A stretch of 64,000 bases of DNA from Tolypothrix carrinoi HA7290-LM1 (GCA_019358935.1 JAHHIK010000030.1:1-64000), one strand, 5' to 3'; shown: positions 9,336-21,400, counted from the stretch's first letter. Program-made: numbers and translations. Notes: generated by a model from the letters alone, not told the origin.

Positions 9336-12300
9336 ATGGGAGATCCGCTTACTAAGCATGTAGGTCTTACTCAAGAGATTTTTTTACACCGCATTGCAAA
9401 TCGCATTCGGCAATCTTTAGAACTGCAAGAAATTTTATCGGCGACGGTTGCCGAAGTACGTTCGTTTCTCGGCACCGATCGCGTAAAAATTTACCAGTTT
9501 CAACCTGACAGTCATGGATTAGTAATTGCCGAATCAATTCAGTCAGGACGTTTACCTCCTTTGCTAGGGCTGAATTTTCCGGCAAACGACATTCCCCCCT
9601 ACGCCCGTGAATTGTATGTTCGGGCACGCCAGCGAACAATAGTCGATTTGGCAACACACGAAATTGGTATCAGTCCTCTTAATTGCCCAGAAACAGGCGA
9701 ATTGTTAGACCAGCAAGATATTCGTTATCGCCCGGTCGATCCTTGCCATGTAGAATATTTAACAGCAATGGGCGTAAAGTCTTCGGTTGTAGTGCCGATT
9801 GTTCTAGAAAGCAAGGAAACCGGTAAAGATTCTTTACCTTCTTTACAGCAATCATCTCAATTATGGGGGCTGTTGGTGTCTCACCATTCAGAACCACGGG
9901 TAGTAACAGAGCAGGAATTATTATTTATTCAGTCTGTAGTCGATCAAGTGGCGATCGCTATTTCTCAATCGATATTGCTCAACCAAGTGCGACAGCAAGC
10001 CCGCCAAGAAGCCATTATTAACCAAGTTACCGAGCAATTGTACAGTACTCCCATTGTTCAGCTTGAAGCTGCCCTAGAAGAGACTGTAGCTGCCTTTGCA
10101 GGCTCTGGAGGACGGCTCTACTTGCTGCCGGATAACGAGCAAAGCGCAGAAATCTACACCTGTGGGGTGCAGCCCACCCAACTCGATGGCGGACAAGGTA
10201 GACAAATTGAGGAGCATCGATTGTGGCAGAAATATCTTTATTCTGCCTCTATGTCGCCCGTCGGCAATCCGGAAAAGCCCAGTACTAAATCATGGTCGGT
10301 AAACTGGATGAGAGCCGTTTATGCTTTGACTGCTCCACCTAACGAACTAGCTTCAGACTCAAATTTGTGGGCGATCGCCGACGTTTATAAAGAACCTTTA
10401 TTTCGCTCGCTCGCTCCTTGCTTCCAAGCAACCCAAATTCGCGGCTTGTTAATTGTACCGCTTCTGCATGGTTCCACTGTCGTTGGCTGCTTGAGTATCT
10501 TCCGAGATGAAGTAGATATTGAAACGATTTGGGCAGGTTGTTTTTCTACTGATTCTCGCCAATTAATGGCGCGTCAGTCGTTTGAAGCGTGGCGCGAACT
10601 GAAAACCGGGCAAGCACAACAGTGGGGAGAATCAGAAGTCAAGCTAGCGCAAGCATTAGGTGAGCGCTTTTCCACTGCTGTGAGGCAATACCGACTTTAC
10701 CAACAAGTACAAACTCTGAATACAAATTTAGAGCAACAAGTACGCGATCGCACTGCGGAACTGCAACAAACTAACACCGACTTGCAACGCTCAACTATTG
10801 AGTTAAAGCGCTCTGTTGAACGGCAACAAGCTTTGGCTGGGATCATAGCCAAAATGCGCCAATCGCTGGATGTGGAAAATATTTTTCAAACCACAACAGA
10901 GGAAGTTTGTCAACTACTCAAAAGCGATCGCGTCGCAGTTTATCGCTTTAATGACGATTGGGGAGGTGAATTTGTCAGCGATTATGAATCTGCAAATCCC
11001 CGATGGTACAGAAACGTCAAATTGGGAGTAGGCATTGTATGGGACGACACCCACTTACAACAAACCCAAGGGGGACGCTATCGCCATAATGAACCTTTTG
11101 TGGTCGATGATGTGTACAGCATGGAATTTAGCCAGTGCCATTTAGATATACTCGAACAATTTCATGTGCAAGCGTTTATGATTGCGCCGATTTTTGTTGG
11201 GCAAGAGTTATGGGGTTTATTGGCGGCTTATCAACACTCAAGCAGTCGGCATTGGGAAGCTTTGGAAGTAGAGTTTTTCACGCAAATTGCAACTCAGCTG
11301 GGAGTAGCGGTGCAGCAAGCTGAATATCTAGAACAAGTGCGATCGCAATCGATACAATTGGCTCATGTGGCAGAACAGCAGCAAACCCTAGCGAGTGTCA
11401 TAACCAAAGTTCGGGAATCGCTAGACTTGAACGAGATTTTTCAAACCACTACGCAAGAACTCCGCCGAGTACTCAATAGCGATCGTGTTGTTGTTTTTCG
11501 CTTCTACTCCGACTCTGAATATGAGGGTGGTGAAGTCATTGCAGAAGATGTTGCCTCTGGTTTGCCATCAACCTTAACCGCAAAAGTGTACGATCGCTGC
11601 GTCGGTGAGAAGTATACCGAGAAATTCCGCCAAGGTCATATCCATGCTGTTAGTGATATTTATAACTCTGAGCTAGACGATTGTTATATATCAATGCTGT
11701 CTCGCTTCCGAATCAGGGCAAACTTGGTAGTTCCCATGATCAAGCAAGATAAGCTATGGGGCTTATTGTGTATTAATCAATGTGAAAAATCCCGTGAGTG
11801 GCAAGACTTAGAAATTGAATTTCTCAGCCAAATTGCCTCTCAGTTAGGAGTTGCCCTCGAACACGCAGTACTGCTCAAACACACGCAGCAGCAAGCCACA
11901 CAACTTTCCGAAACACTCGACGATTTAAGGCAGACTCAAGCTCATTTAATTCACAGTGAAAAAATGTCGAGTTTAGGACAATTAGTTGCTGGGGTAGCAC
12001 ATGAAATTAACAATCCGGTCAACTTTATCTACGGCAATCTCGCGCATATTCAAGAGTACACGCAAAACTTAATTGAGATGCTCAATCTCTATCAGCACTA
12101 CTATCCTGAACCCGAACCAGAAATTAAACGACAAGCAATAGTGGCAGATTTAGAGTTCATCGCTGAAGATTTGCCTAAACTGTTTTCTTCACTGGAATTA
12201 GGTGCTGAACGCATTCGAGAAATTGTTCTTTCGTTAAGAAACTTCTCTCGTTTGGATCAAGCCGAGGTGAAACCCGTTAATATCCACGAGGGACTTGATA

Positions 12301-12806
12301 GCACTCTGTTAATATTGCAGCATCGTCTTAAGCCTAATTCACTGCATTCAGGCATTGAGTTGATCAAGCAGTATGGTGAGTTACCTTTAGTAGAGTGTTT
12401 TGCCGGACAACTCAATCAAGTCTTTATGAATCTGCTCTCCAATGCAATTGACGCATTAGAAGAGTCGTGCCGTCAGTCTCGTAAAGCGGGTGATAATAAA
12501 TATCATCCGAGCGTCACTATGAAGACGCAGCTTTTAGAAAATGATTGGGTACAAATTTCCATCAAAGATAATGGAATCGGCATGAACCAAGAAGTACACG
12601 CGAAGCTATTTGACCCCTTTTTCACCACAAAAGAGGTGGGTAAGGGTACAGGTTTAGGACTCTCAATTAGTTACCAAATTGTCGAAAAGCACCAAGGCAA
12701 ATTACAATGTGTGTCCCAACCACAAGAAGGGGCTGAGTTTTTGATCGACATCCCTGTAAAACAACCAAGAAAAAAAATTGCCAGACTTTCGTCAAGCGCC
12801 ATGTGA
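9336..12806 (+). CDS. AphC-like multi-GAF bilin photoreceptor histidine kinase (knotless phytochrome plus two CBCR GAFs)
   Basis: GAF1 has FPANDIP and DPCHVEYL; a PHY-like second domain follows; GAF3 has WDDTHLQ and QCHL; GAF4 has DRCV and DCY. HisKA AHEINNP; HATPase NLLSNA, DNGIG, GTGLGLS. Confidence 0.88.
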   Translation: MGDPLTKHVGLTQEIFLHRIANRIRQSLELQEILSATVAEVRSFLGTDRVKIYQFQPDSHGLVIAESIQSGRLPPLLGLNFPANDIPPYARELYVRARQRTIVDLATHEIGISPLNCPETGELLDQQDIRYRPVDPCHVEYLTAMGVKSSVVVPIVLESKETGKDSLPSLQQSSQLWGLLVSHHSEPRVVTEQELLFIQSVVDQVAIAISQSILLNQVRQQARQEAIINQVTEQLYSTPIVQLEAALEETVAAFAGSGGRLYLLPDNEQSAEIYTCGVQPTQLDGGQGRQIEEHRLWQKYLYSASMSPVGNPEKPSTKSWSVNWMRAVYALTAPPNELASDSNLWAIADVYKEPLFRSLAPCFQATQIRGLLIVPLLHGSTVVGCLSIFRDEVDIETIWAGCFSTDSRQLMARQSFEAWRELKTGQAQQWGESEVKLAQALGERFSTAVRQYRLYQQVQTLNTNLEQQVRDRTAELQQTNTDLQRSTIELKRSVERQQALAGIIAKMRQSLDVENIFQTTTEEVCQLLKSDRVAVYRFNDDWGGEFVSDYESANPRWYRNVKLGVGIVWDDTHLQQTQGGRYRHNEPFVVDDVYSMEFSQCHLDILEQFHVQAFMIAPIFVGQELWGLLAAYQHSSSRHWEALEVEFFTQIATQLGVAVQQAEYLEQVRSQSIQLAHVAEQQQTLASVITKVRESLDLNEIFQTTTQELRRVLNSDRVVVFRFYSDSEYEGGEVIAEDVASGLPSTLTAKVYDRCVGEKYTEKFRQGHIHAVSDIYNSELDDCYISMLSRFRIRANLVVPMIKQDKLWGLLCINQCEKSREWQDLEIEFLSQIASQLGVALEHAVLLKHTQQQATQLSETLDDLRQTQAHLIHSEKMSSLGQLVAGVAHEINNPVNFIYGNLAHIQEYTQNLIEMLNLYQHYYPEPEPEIKRQAIVADLEFIAEDLPKLFSSLELGAERIREIVLSLRNFSRLDQAEVKPVNIHEGLDSTLLILQHRLKPNSLHSGIELIKQYGELPLVECFAGQLNQVFMNLLSNAIDALEESCRQSRKAGDNKYHPSVTMKTQLLENDWVQISIKDNGIGMNQEVHAKLFDPFFTTKEVGKGTGLGLSISYQIVEKHQGKLQCVSQPQEGAEFLIDIPVKQPRKKIARLSSSAM

Positions 12807-13026
12807 GGAGTGGGGGAGTGGAAGAGTGGGAGAGTGGGAGAGTGGGGGAAGCGTGGTGTGGGGGAGATGAGGGAGTGGGGGAAGCGTGGTGTGGGGGAAG
12901 CGTGGTGTGGGGGAGATGAGGGAGATGAGGGAGATGAGGGAGGAATTACCCATTCGCCATTCGCCATTCGCCATTCGCCATTCGCCATTCGCCATTCGCC
13001 ATTCGCCATTCGCCATTCGCCATTCT
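12803..13026. repeat. STRR tracts: G-rich 8-9-mers followed by (CCATTCG)n
   Basis: Seen directly. Confidence 0.9.
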
Positions 13027-13089
13027 TTAAAAATAATCGGCGTTCAGCCTATGATGGAAAACAGATGCACCCTATATAGAGACACAATT

Positions 13090-13302
13090 ATGGTTGTAGC
13101 CCTACTGTATCTGATTTTGGCTGGAGCTTATCTATTAGTCATACCAGCAGCAGCCTTGGTGTACCTCACACAGCGGTGGTATGTGGCTAGCTCGTTTGAG
13201 CGCGGTTTTATGTACTTTCTCGTGTTCTTTTTCTTACCGGGTTTGTTGCTTTTGTCACCTTTTGTGAATCTTCGACCCAAACGGCGACAAATTGAAGTTT
13301 AA
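13090..13302 (+). CDS. ndhL: NAD(P)H-quinone oxidoreductase subunit L
   Basis: 70 aa from ATG 13090, containing [22 protein letters not shown]; ndhL-DUF3007-trpA synteny. Confidence 0.93.
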   Translation: MVVALLYLILAGAYLLVIPAAALVYLTQRWYVASSFERGFMYFLVFFFLPGLLLLSPFVNLRPKRRQIEV

Positions 13303-13331
13303 CGATATTTGATTGGTAGGTCATAAATCTC

Positions 13332-13634
13332 ATGCGACGGATTGACGCTGTTGGAATTGTCTTTGGCGTTTTTGTAGCTGGCGGTTTGGCTTATGTATTA
13401 TTCCTGCTAGTGGGCTTAGATAGCCAGAAAGCCGGGATTTGGAGCCAAGCCTTGCTAGTCTGTGGGTTGATTGGCTGGGTAGCAACCTATCTTTTTCGTG
13501 CGGTTGGGCAAAAAATGACCTACCATCAGCAACGGGAAGAATACGAAAAAGCTTTTTTGCAAAAGCGACTCGACGAACTCACCCCGGAAGAACTTGCAAA
13601 ACTTCAAGCCGATATAGAGAGTAGGGACTCTTAA
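13332..13634 (+). CDS. DUF3007 family membrane protein
   Basis: MRRIDA start, TYLFR..KMTY motif; sits between ndhL and trpA. Confidence 0.85.
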   Translation: MRRIDAVGIVFGVFVAGGLAYVLFLLVGLDSQKAGIWSQALLVCGLIGWVATYLFRAVGQKMTYHQQREEYEKAFLQKRLDELTPEELAKLQADIESRDS

Positions 13635-13870
13635 GAGATGGGGAGAGGGGGGGATGGGGGGATGGGGAAGACAAGGGAGACAAGGGAGACAAGGGAGATG
13701 GGGAAGACAACGAAGACGAGGAGGTAAACTCCCCCTGCCCCCTGCCCCCTGCCCCCTGCCCCCTTGTCCCCCTGCCCCCTTGTCGCCCTTGTCGCCCTTG
13801 TCCCCCTTGTCCCCCTTGTCTCCCTGTCCCCTTGTCTCCCTGTCCCCTTGCCCAATGCCCATTGCCCAAT
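13635..13870. repeat. Convergent STRR tracts
   Basis: GACAAGGGA repeats followed by complementary CCCTTGTC and CCCCCTG repeats. Confidence 0.9.
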
Positions 13871-13875
13871 AACTA

Positions 13876-14682
13876 ATGACTGCGATTTCTGATTGCTTTG
13901 AAAATCTCTCGCGTAACTCCGAGTGTGCGCTGATTCCGTTTATTACTGCTGGCGATCCGAATTTAGAAACAACTGCCCAAGCGTTGCAGGTTCTGGATCG
14001 CAGTGGAGCCGACATAATTGAATTGGGTGTTCCTTATTCAGATCCTCTGGCGGATGGACCAGTAATTCAAGCTGCTGCTATCCGCGCTTTACAAAAAGGA
14101 ACGAAATTTGATTCTGTTTTGGAAATGGTGAAAGCAACTATTCCAAGTTTGCGATCGCCTATCATCCTATATACTTATTACAACCCGATTTTGTACCGGG
14201 GAATTGAAAAGTTTCTCACTCAGATTGTAGATGCTGGGGTGGCGGGATTGGTAGTTCCGGATTTACCTTTAGAAGAAGCTCAAGGTTTGCTGCAACCAGC
14301 TTCTGGGATGGGAATTGATGTTACCTTATTGGTTGCTCCCACAAGTTCAACCGAAAGAATAGAAGCGATCGCTCGTTCTTCTCAAGGATTTATTTATTTG
14401 GTTAGCGTCACCGGCGTGACGGGAATGCGATCGCAAATTCCATCAAGAGTGTCAGATTTACTTAAACAAATACGTGGTGTTACTGACAAGCCTATCGGTG
14501 TTGGCTTTGGTATTTCCCAGCCAGAACAAGCTCATCAGGTGCGCGAGTGGGGCGCGGATGCAGCAATTGTTGGTAGCGCTTTTGTCAAACGTCTGGCAGA
14601 AGGCAACTCAGAACAAGGATTAAAGGCGATCGCTGAGTTTTGTCAAACCCTCAAGCAAAGCCTGCAAACTTCTGACAAGTAG
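13876..14682 (+). CDS. trpA: Tryptophan synthase alpha chain
   Basis: [39 protein letters not shown]. Confidence 0.97.
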   Translation: MTAISDCFENLSRNSECALIPFITAGDPNLETTAQALQVLDRSGADIIELGVPYSDPLADGPVIQAAAIRALQKGTKFDSVLEMVKATIPSLRSPIILYTYYNPILYRGIEKFLTQIVDAGVAGLVVPDLPLEEAQGLLQPASGMGIDVTLLVAPTSSTERIEAIARSSQGFIYLVSVTGVTGMRSQIPSRVSDLLKQIRGVTDKPIGVGFGISQPEQAHQVREWGADAAIVGSAFVKRLAEGNSEQGLKAIAEFCQTLKQSLQTSDK

Positions 14683-14942
14683 CACAAATACTCCGGCTTG
14701 CTCAAATCGCTAAACTAGATTAAAAAAATTAAAGTGCAAAATTTTTTTGCCCTGACTTAGTAGACAATTTAACCGATATGTTCTTGAATATTAACAGCAA
14801 ATATCAAGCTGTAAAAAACATAGCTGATACGTCGGCTTATAGTTTGAGTATTATGTAAACTTGAATAGGTTATAAATAATGAGTGTGAGAGTGAGTAAGT
14901 CACAAATGGATATAATTACGTCGCACTTGGGGGGGACAGGCG

Positions 14943-15593
14943 ATGAGTGAAAGTATGGCATTTATCGGCGGAGTTGCTGTAGCTGGTCTAGCAGCGCTCG
15001 TATTGCTCAAAGGGACAGGTACTCCAAACCTACAACCTAATATTGCTGTTGCCCCGCAAATGCCAGCGACTGTAGTCGCACCGCAAATGATGCAGCCCGG
15101 ACAATATCCTGCTTATGGGCAACCATACCCCAATCCAGCGCCGATCAATCCCAGCGGTACTGAAGAGTTCAGAATGCAAATGGAACGGCAGAAAAATCAG
15201 CTTGACGTGTTACAGCGAGAAAACGATCAGCTCAAACAGCAAATTCCCCAACTTCAGTATCAAGTCGAAAATTATAAAAACCAAGCTCAATTAAGCGTCA
15301 ATAACCAAGCCGCGCAACAAGCAGCATTGAAGCAACAGACCGAAACTCCTTGGTCGTCTTCACCCATAGTTTGGGCAGTGGCAGGTATGACTCTAACGAT
15401 TGGCGGTGGTGTTGTTGTAGCTGGTGTGTTGGCTTTGTTCTCACCACGGCAGCGTTCTACCCGTACCGTACAAGTAATTCATCCTTATAATGGTCCAACA
15501 CCGCCATTGGCTCCTCTACGCCGCGCTGAGTTTCTCCCCCCTCGTGTAGAAACCAGACGAGTTGAAGCCACAGAATACGACGAAATGCATTGA
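14943..15593 (+). CDS. patN: Heterocyst patterning membrane protein PatN
   Basis: N-terminus MSESMAFIGGVAVAGLAAL, Q-rich coiled coil and C-terminal TM; lies directly after trpA as in Nostoc/Anabaena. Confidence 0.8.
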   Translation: MSESMAFIGGVAVAGLAALVLLKGTGTPNLQPNIAVAPQMPATVVAPQMMQPGQYPAYGQPYPNPAPINPSGTEEFRMQMERQKNQLDVLQRENDQLKQQIPQLQYQVENYKNQAQLSVNNQAAQQAALKQQTETPWSSSPIVWAVAGMTLTIGGGVVVAGVLALFSPRQRSTRTVQVIHPYNGPTPPLAPLRRAEFLPPRVETRRVEATEYDEMH

Positions 15594-15840
15594 AGTTGAA
15601 GCAGTTGTAAGCACAGCACAAAGTAATACCCTATGGTCAGCTCACTTTCGGGCATCTAGGGTGAGAATTATCTTGGGTAAAACCAATAAATTCTCGCCTC
15701 AGTTTTGTATGTAAATTATTTCTTTACGCCTAAGTTTAATTAGGTAAAATTTTGTCTATGAGAAAATGATTACCCATAGGAACTTTGTATAGATAAGTAG
15801 GGGCATGGGGCAATGGGCTTTTTGAAGAGGGGAAAAGGGG

Positions 15841-15990
15841 AGGCAGTGCGGTCTTGGGGTCTCACGCCACTTGCGCGTCTGCCGGGAAACCCGTCCAACG
15901 CAGTGGCTCCCCAAGTGGAGCATCTGCCTATGATTGGGGAAAGGGGAGGCAGTGCGGTCTTGGTGTCGGACCAAGTGGAGCATCTGCCGT
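15841..15990. repeat. Cluster of three structured ~45-bp dispersed repeats, one nested in another
   Basis: Outer copy 15841-15863 plus 15910-15928; inverted inner copy 15864-15909; third copy 15947-15990. Confidence 0.8.
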
Positions 15991-17561
15991 GAAAGGGTAA
16001 GAAAGAAGAAATATTTCTCCCCCTGCCCCATGCCTCATACCCCATTACCAGTTTCCTACCTATGTCAATAAAATTACTTTAAATATTAAACTACTAGTAA
16101 CAGAATGCCCTATAAATGTAATCCTTGCAGTGTATGATTCATCATTGCAACCATACAAGCCAAGACAAAAGCCGGATGGTCTTTGACAACTGCTTTCTTA
16201 CTAACTGATTAGTATAATATTTTCTAATTTTATTTATTTTTCAGAGAATATACTGTTACGTAGAAAAATCCTCATAAAAAGTATAAGAAAAAAGACTGAA
16301 TGAATTTTTCTATCCCTGATGGCTTAAATATGATTTCTGGGTATTATCACTTAAGTGTTACCTAAAGATATTGATTCGGCAGATGCTCGTATATCGGCTA
16401 CTAGATTATTCATTACAAACATATTGATGAGGTAGTTCAGGTGAGCGGAAATTAAGTTGCTATTGCAACTTGCCATTACTTAGTATCCATTGAGCGAATT
16501 TGCTCACTTTGCTTGATGTTCAGGTGAGCGGAAAATAAATACGCATACAGATGTTTAGCAGTTTGATGATACATCAATCACGATGCTTTATATTTTGCAG
16601 CTTGATTTTCATGCAATTGCTGCATTGAGGGCATCATACATGCGTTAAATAAACTAACCAGATTATCGAGTGGTGTTAACTTATTGGCAACAACCTGGTA
16701 GAATCGCAGAATCATCAGTTGTGTTCATCTGTTGGCAGCAATTGCCAATACTTTTTATTCTGCACATGAATTTGAAGTAGATATATTTAGCTTGGCAGTT
16801 ACCGTAAAAGTAACAAATTTTGTTTTTAAAATTGACACAGCTTTGATAACATGCTCTAATCACAAAAAAATAGAAATGTTTTTTTAGGAGTAGTTAGCAA
16901 AGCGTAATTGTATTTGAGTGCAGTAGATACAAGCAGTTAGTAAACGGTAAGCTTTCTGCCTGCTTAGTCTTGCAGTGAATTTGGAACAAAAAAGACATTT
17001 CATCTACCAAAAGGAGGAAATTTTACAATATTTTGCATCCTGAAGACTGAATTTAATTCCACTCAATCGACAGCATTACCCCGCAAGACAAAGGAAAAAA
17101 GAGCAAGCGGACTAAGGAAAGCTGTTGAGTGCGAATTGATAAAAGCAAGTACAGTTCTGTAGGCTATTTTTCATGCGTTGCATTGAAATTTGGCTAATAT
17201 TTCTCTGATTTAAGTTTCACAACTATCAGTATTGCTAATATCATGGCAGCAATAATCGCAGTGATTTAATCGTTAGAGCTGAAAATAGAAACGGCATTCG
17301 CATGTCAAATCATCCATTATGTGTTGAACTGATTGACACATGTTTGATAATATGCTTTCAGGAAAAAAAAGTTAATTAAAGATTGTGTAAAAGGAATTGT
17401 GAAAAAACTGCAATTGTATCAAAGTTAAAAGACCGCTTGTTAAGATTTAGTGATACGATGCTTGCGTCTAAAAAAATTTGAATTCATCCCAGAAAAGAAT
17501 TAGGTTTTTCCACAAAAACCTAACCCCATAACAATCCTCTGCTATTGCTTGATGCCTTCCA

Positions 17562-18482
17562 ATGACATCTATAAATTCATGGTTGAGGCATAAGAGCCTC
17601 TTTTTTACGTTTTTTTCATTGAGTATATTTACTAATGGAATTATACCTGTTCTTGCTCAGACAGGAGTAATCAGGAATACCGCAGGTGCAGGTGCCGATA
17701 ATCTTCCACAAGTTCGCTCAAACGAGGTGACTTTAAGCGCCGGACAAGCAGCTTTGGAGATTATCAAAACAGGTGACAGGGCAGCAGCCGAACCGGGCGA
17801 AACAGTAGTTTACCGTCTTGCCATCAGAAATGCTGGTCGGGCAGCAACAAGCCAGATATCGGTTACAGACAGACTGCCTTTAGGAGTGCGATTAATCGAC
17901 AGGTCGCTAAGAGGTACCATCGGCGATCGCCAAGTCGCCTTAACCGCTGACCGGGGTTCAAATCGGACAGTGACAATTAATGCTAGTTCCGGACTGCAAC
18001 CGAACGAAACCTTAGTTGTGGTATATGGCGCTGAAGTAACACCCGATGCGATTCGAGGAGATGGTAGAAACCTAGCACAAGCCAGAGCCGGAAACCTCAC
18101 AAGCAACCAAACCAGCTATCGCATACGGATTCGACCGGGTATTCTTTCGGATTGCGGCACCTTGATTGGTCGCGTGTTTGTCGATAAAAACTTTGATGGC
18201 GAACAGCAACCGAACGAACCAGGAGTACCGAACGCCGTGATTTATATGGACGACGGCAATCGAATCGTCACCGATGCTAAAGGGCTATTCTCCTTGGCGA
18301 ACGTGGTATCCGGTTATCGTTCGGCAGCGCTGGATTTAAGTAGCTTACCAGGTTACGCTTTAGCACCTAACACGTACTTTATCGAAAAAAATAGCCAATC
18401 ACGCATGGTGAAATTAGCACCTGGTAGTTTGGCACGAGTCAATTTTGGGGTTACGCCTGCCTTTTCAGGGGGTAAGCGATGA
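17562..18482 (+). CDS. Secreted DUF11 + SdrD-B-like domain protein
   Basis: Signal peptide; DUF11 motif LEIIKTGDRAAAEPGETVVYRL..VTDRLPLG; GRVFVDKNFDGEQQPNEPGVPNA. Confidence 0.85.
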   Translation: MTSINSWLRHKSLFFTFFSLSIFTNGIIPVLAQTGVIRNTAGAGADNLPQVRSNEVTLSAGQAALEIIKTGDRAAAEPGETVVYRLAIRNAGRAATSQISVTDRLPLGVRLIDRSLRGTIGDRQVALTADRGSNRTVTINASSGLQPNETLVVVYGAEVTPDAIRGDGRNLAQARAGNLTSNQTSYRIRIRPGILSDCGTLIGRVFVDKNFDGEQQPNEPGVPNAVIYMDDGNRIVTDAKGLFSLANVVSGYRSAALDLSSLPGYALAPNTYFIEKNSQSRMVKLAPGSLARVNFGVTPAFSGGKR

Positions 18483-21400
18483 AAACTAGAAAAAATTGTG
18501 TATATTTTTCCAAAAATTTGGGAATGAGGCAGAACAAAGTCGGACATCAGCTACAATCCTCGATATTGCGCTTTGTCCTACTTCCCAAGGGTAGTGTCGG
18601 CATATTGCCTGTATTTTTAGCGATCGCCGCACCCTTTTTCTCCAGCAGTGCCTATGCTTCCACACTCAGCGATCGCCTGCGCTTAGTTGCCGAAACCTCG
18701 ACCGCAGTAGAGGAGATGGGGGACAAGGAAGATAAGGAAGATAAGGGAGATAAGGGAGATAAGGGGGACAAGGAGGACAAGGGAGATAAGGGAGACAAGG
18801 GAGACAAGGGAGAATTTACTTCCTCATCCCCCTCATCCCCCTCATCCCCCTCATCCCCCACTCCCCCCTCATCCCCCACTCCCCCCCTCCTCCCATCCCT
18901 CATCTCACAAATTTCCCAACTTTCCCCGACTCCGGGTGGATTTCCTGAAGATCCGGCAACTCAATTTCAACAAAATCCGGCTTCGCCAATTCAACAACCC
19001 ATTTCCCCACCTTCGCAACAAACACCGCTACAAGCACCGCCGACGACTCAGGAAGTCTTACCCAACAGTACACCGCAGACCGTTGGCGATCGCAAAGCAC
19101 GCATTGAAATTACGCCTGTAGGCGATCCGCGAGTTCAAGCTGATGGACGTTCTACCATCAAGTTTTCTGGGCAAATTACCGACGACAAAGGTCAACTCAT
19201 CACCCAAGACGTGATGGTGACATTGACCACTACGGCAGGTAAATTTGTTGGGGCAGACCAAGACAAAGACCAACCCGGATTTCAAGTTCGGGCGATCGGT
19301 GGTGAGTTCGTCGCCACTTTGCAATCAGATATCAAACCCCAACAAGTCCGGATTCGAGCCGGGGTAGACAAGATTAAGACACGGAACCGCTTTAGGCAAC
19401 TACCACCGCGAGCGATCGGGCAACCATCAATACCATATATTGGTGAAACCGATACAACCGGCGAAAGCAAACCATTTCCGCAACAAAACGATACCTCTTT
19501 ATTTGAATTAATTGGCAGCCAGCCATTAGAAGCTTATACCCAAGTTGAATTCACAACTTATCTGCGCCCATCGCTGGTGACAGGGATAGTTAATTTGCGG
19601 ATTGGACAGCGGGGAACTGATTACTGGGGGAGTAGGAGAGATTTTCTCGCACCTGGTGAAAGTGGCGGTACTCAAGTCGATTTTTATAGTGCTGTCTTTG
19701 CCACAGGTAAAGTCGGAGATTGGTTATTTACCGGCGCGTATAACAGCCAACGTCCGCTTAACCAAGATTGTGAAGATAGAAATCGCCTGTTTGGTGGAAT
19801 TCAATTCTGCGAACAACAATATCCCGTCTACGGTGACAGTTCTACTTTCACATCAACCGCGCCCTCAATAGATAGCGTCTATGCTCGCTTTGAGCGCAGT
19901 TCTTCAGTACCTGGAGCAGAGACAGACTACTTGATGTGGGGGGACTACAATACCCAGGAATTCAACCGTTCCTCGCAGTTGTATACGGCAACCTCGCGCC
20001 AATTACACGGCTTTAAGGCTAACTACAACTTTGGCAACTTACAAGTAACTGGTTTGTATGCCAATAACATCGAGGGTTTCCAGCGCGATACCTTCGTCCC
20101 CAACGGAACTAGTGGAAATTATTTCCTCTCCAAGCGGTTGATTGTTCCAGGAAGTGAAATTGTTTATGTAGAAGCAGAGGAAATTCAGCGCCCAGGTACA
20201 GTACGTGAGCGCCAACAGATGTATCGCGGACAAGATTATGAAATAGATTACGATCGCGGAACACTTTTGTTTCGCCGTCCGATCCTCGCCACAGAACTTC
20301 TTCCTAACTACGATGGCGTAACTTTGGTTCGCCGAGTCGTAGTCACTTACCAAAATGAAGGTGGTGAGAATTCCAACCTTTACGGCGGACGACTGCAATA
20401 TAATCTCTCCAACGATCTAGAAAACAAAACTTTCTTTGCCGGTTCTTATTTAAGAGAAGACCAAGGCGATCAAGATTTTGAATTGTATGGAGCAGATTTC
20501 TTAGTTTCTTTGGGGAATTCAGGTAGGATTGTTGGGGAATTTGCCCGTTCTAACAGCGATTTGCTTACCGGGCAAGAAGTCACAGGTAATGCCTATCGCT
20601 TAGAAGCCTTTGGTAATATTGGTGACAGAATCAGCGCTAGTGCTTATTACCGAGGAGTTGAGCCAAACTTCGCGAACAACGCTACCTTTAGTTTTTCACC
20701 CGGACAAACACGCTACGGCGCGTCATTGTTGGCAAGGGTGACTGATACCACCAGCTTTACTGTCGGCTACGACTTAGAAGAAAACTATGGTAGATCTACA
20801 GGTAGGATTGTAGACTTTTTTGACTTATACGATCCGCAACCACAAACGCGAGTTGGGGACAGAGTTAGTAATGAGTTGAGAACCTTCCGCGCCGGCATTT
20901 TGCAAAGACTGGGAACTGCGGATGTGAGTTTAGAGTATGTGAACCGATCGCGTGATGATAGAGTAAGCGATCGCTTTAGTGGCGATGCTAATCAGTTAGT
21001 ATCTCGCCTCAAATTGCCTCTAACTCAATCATTGACCTTTAAGGCGCAAAATGAATTGAATTTGGGCGACTCTGACCCACTTTTTCCCAACCGCACCACC
21101 TTCGGCTTAGATTGGAAAGCTTTCACCGGCGTGACAGTACGACTCGCTCACCAATTCTATGATGATAGCGAGTTACTTCGTGGTAACTCCTTCACCACCT
21201 TGGATACGATTTTCGATCGCAAGTTAGCCGAAGATACTGCCATTACAGGTCGCTATTCGGTGCTATCCGGTTTCAATGGCTTGCAAGGTCAAGGCGCTGT
21301 AGGATTGGATCAAGGTTTTCGGGTTGCCCCAGGATTAAAGGTGAATGTTGGATACCAGTACATATTTAGAAATATCTTCAACGCCACCGCTGCTGGAAAC

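Noticed and set aside
12671..14015. ORFs such as MANGEWR..., 12810-13079 and 13455-14015
   Set aside because: Products of stop-free STRR tracts or antisense to real genes.
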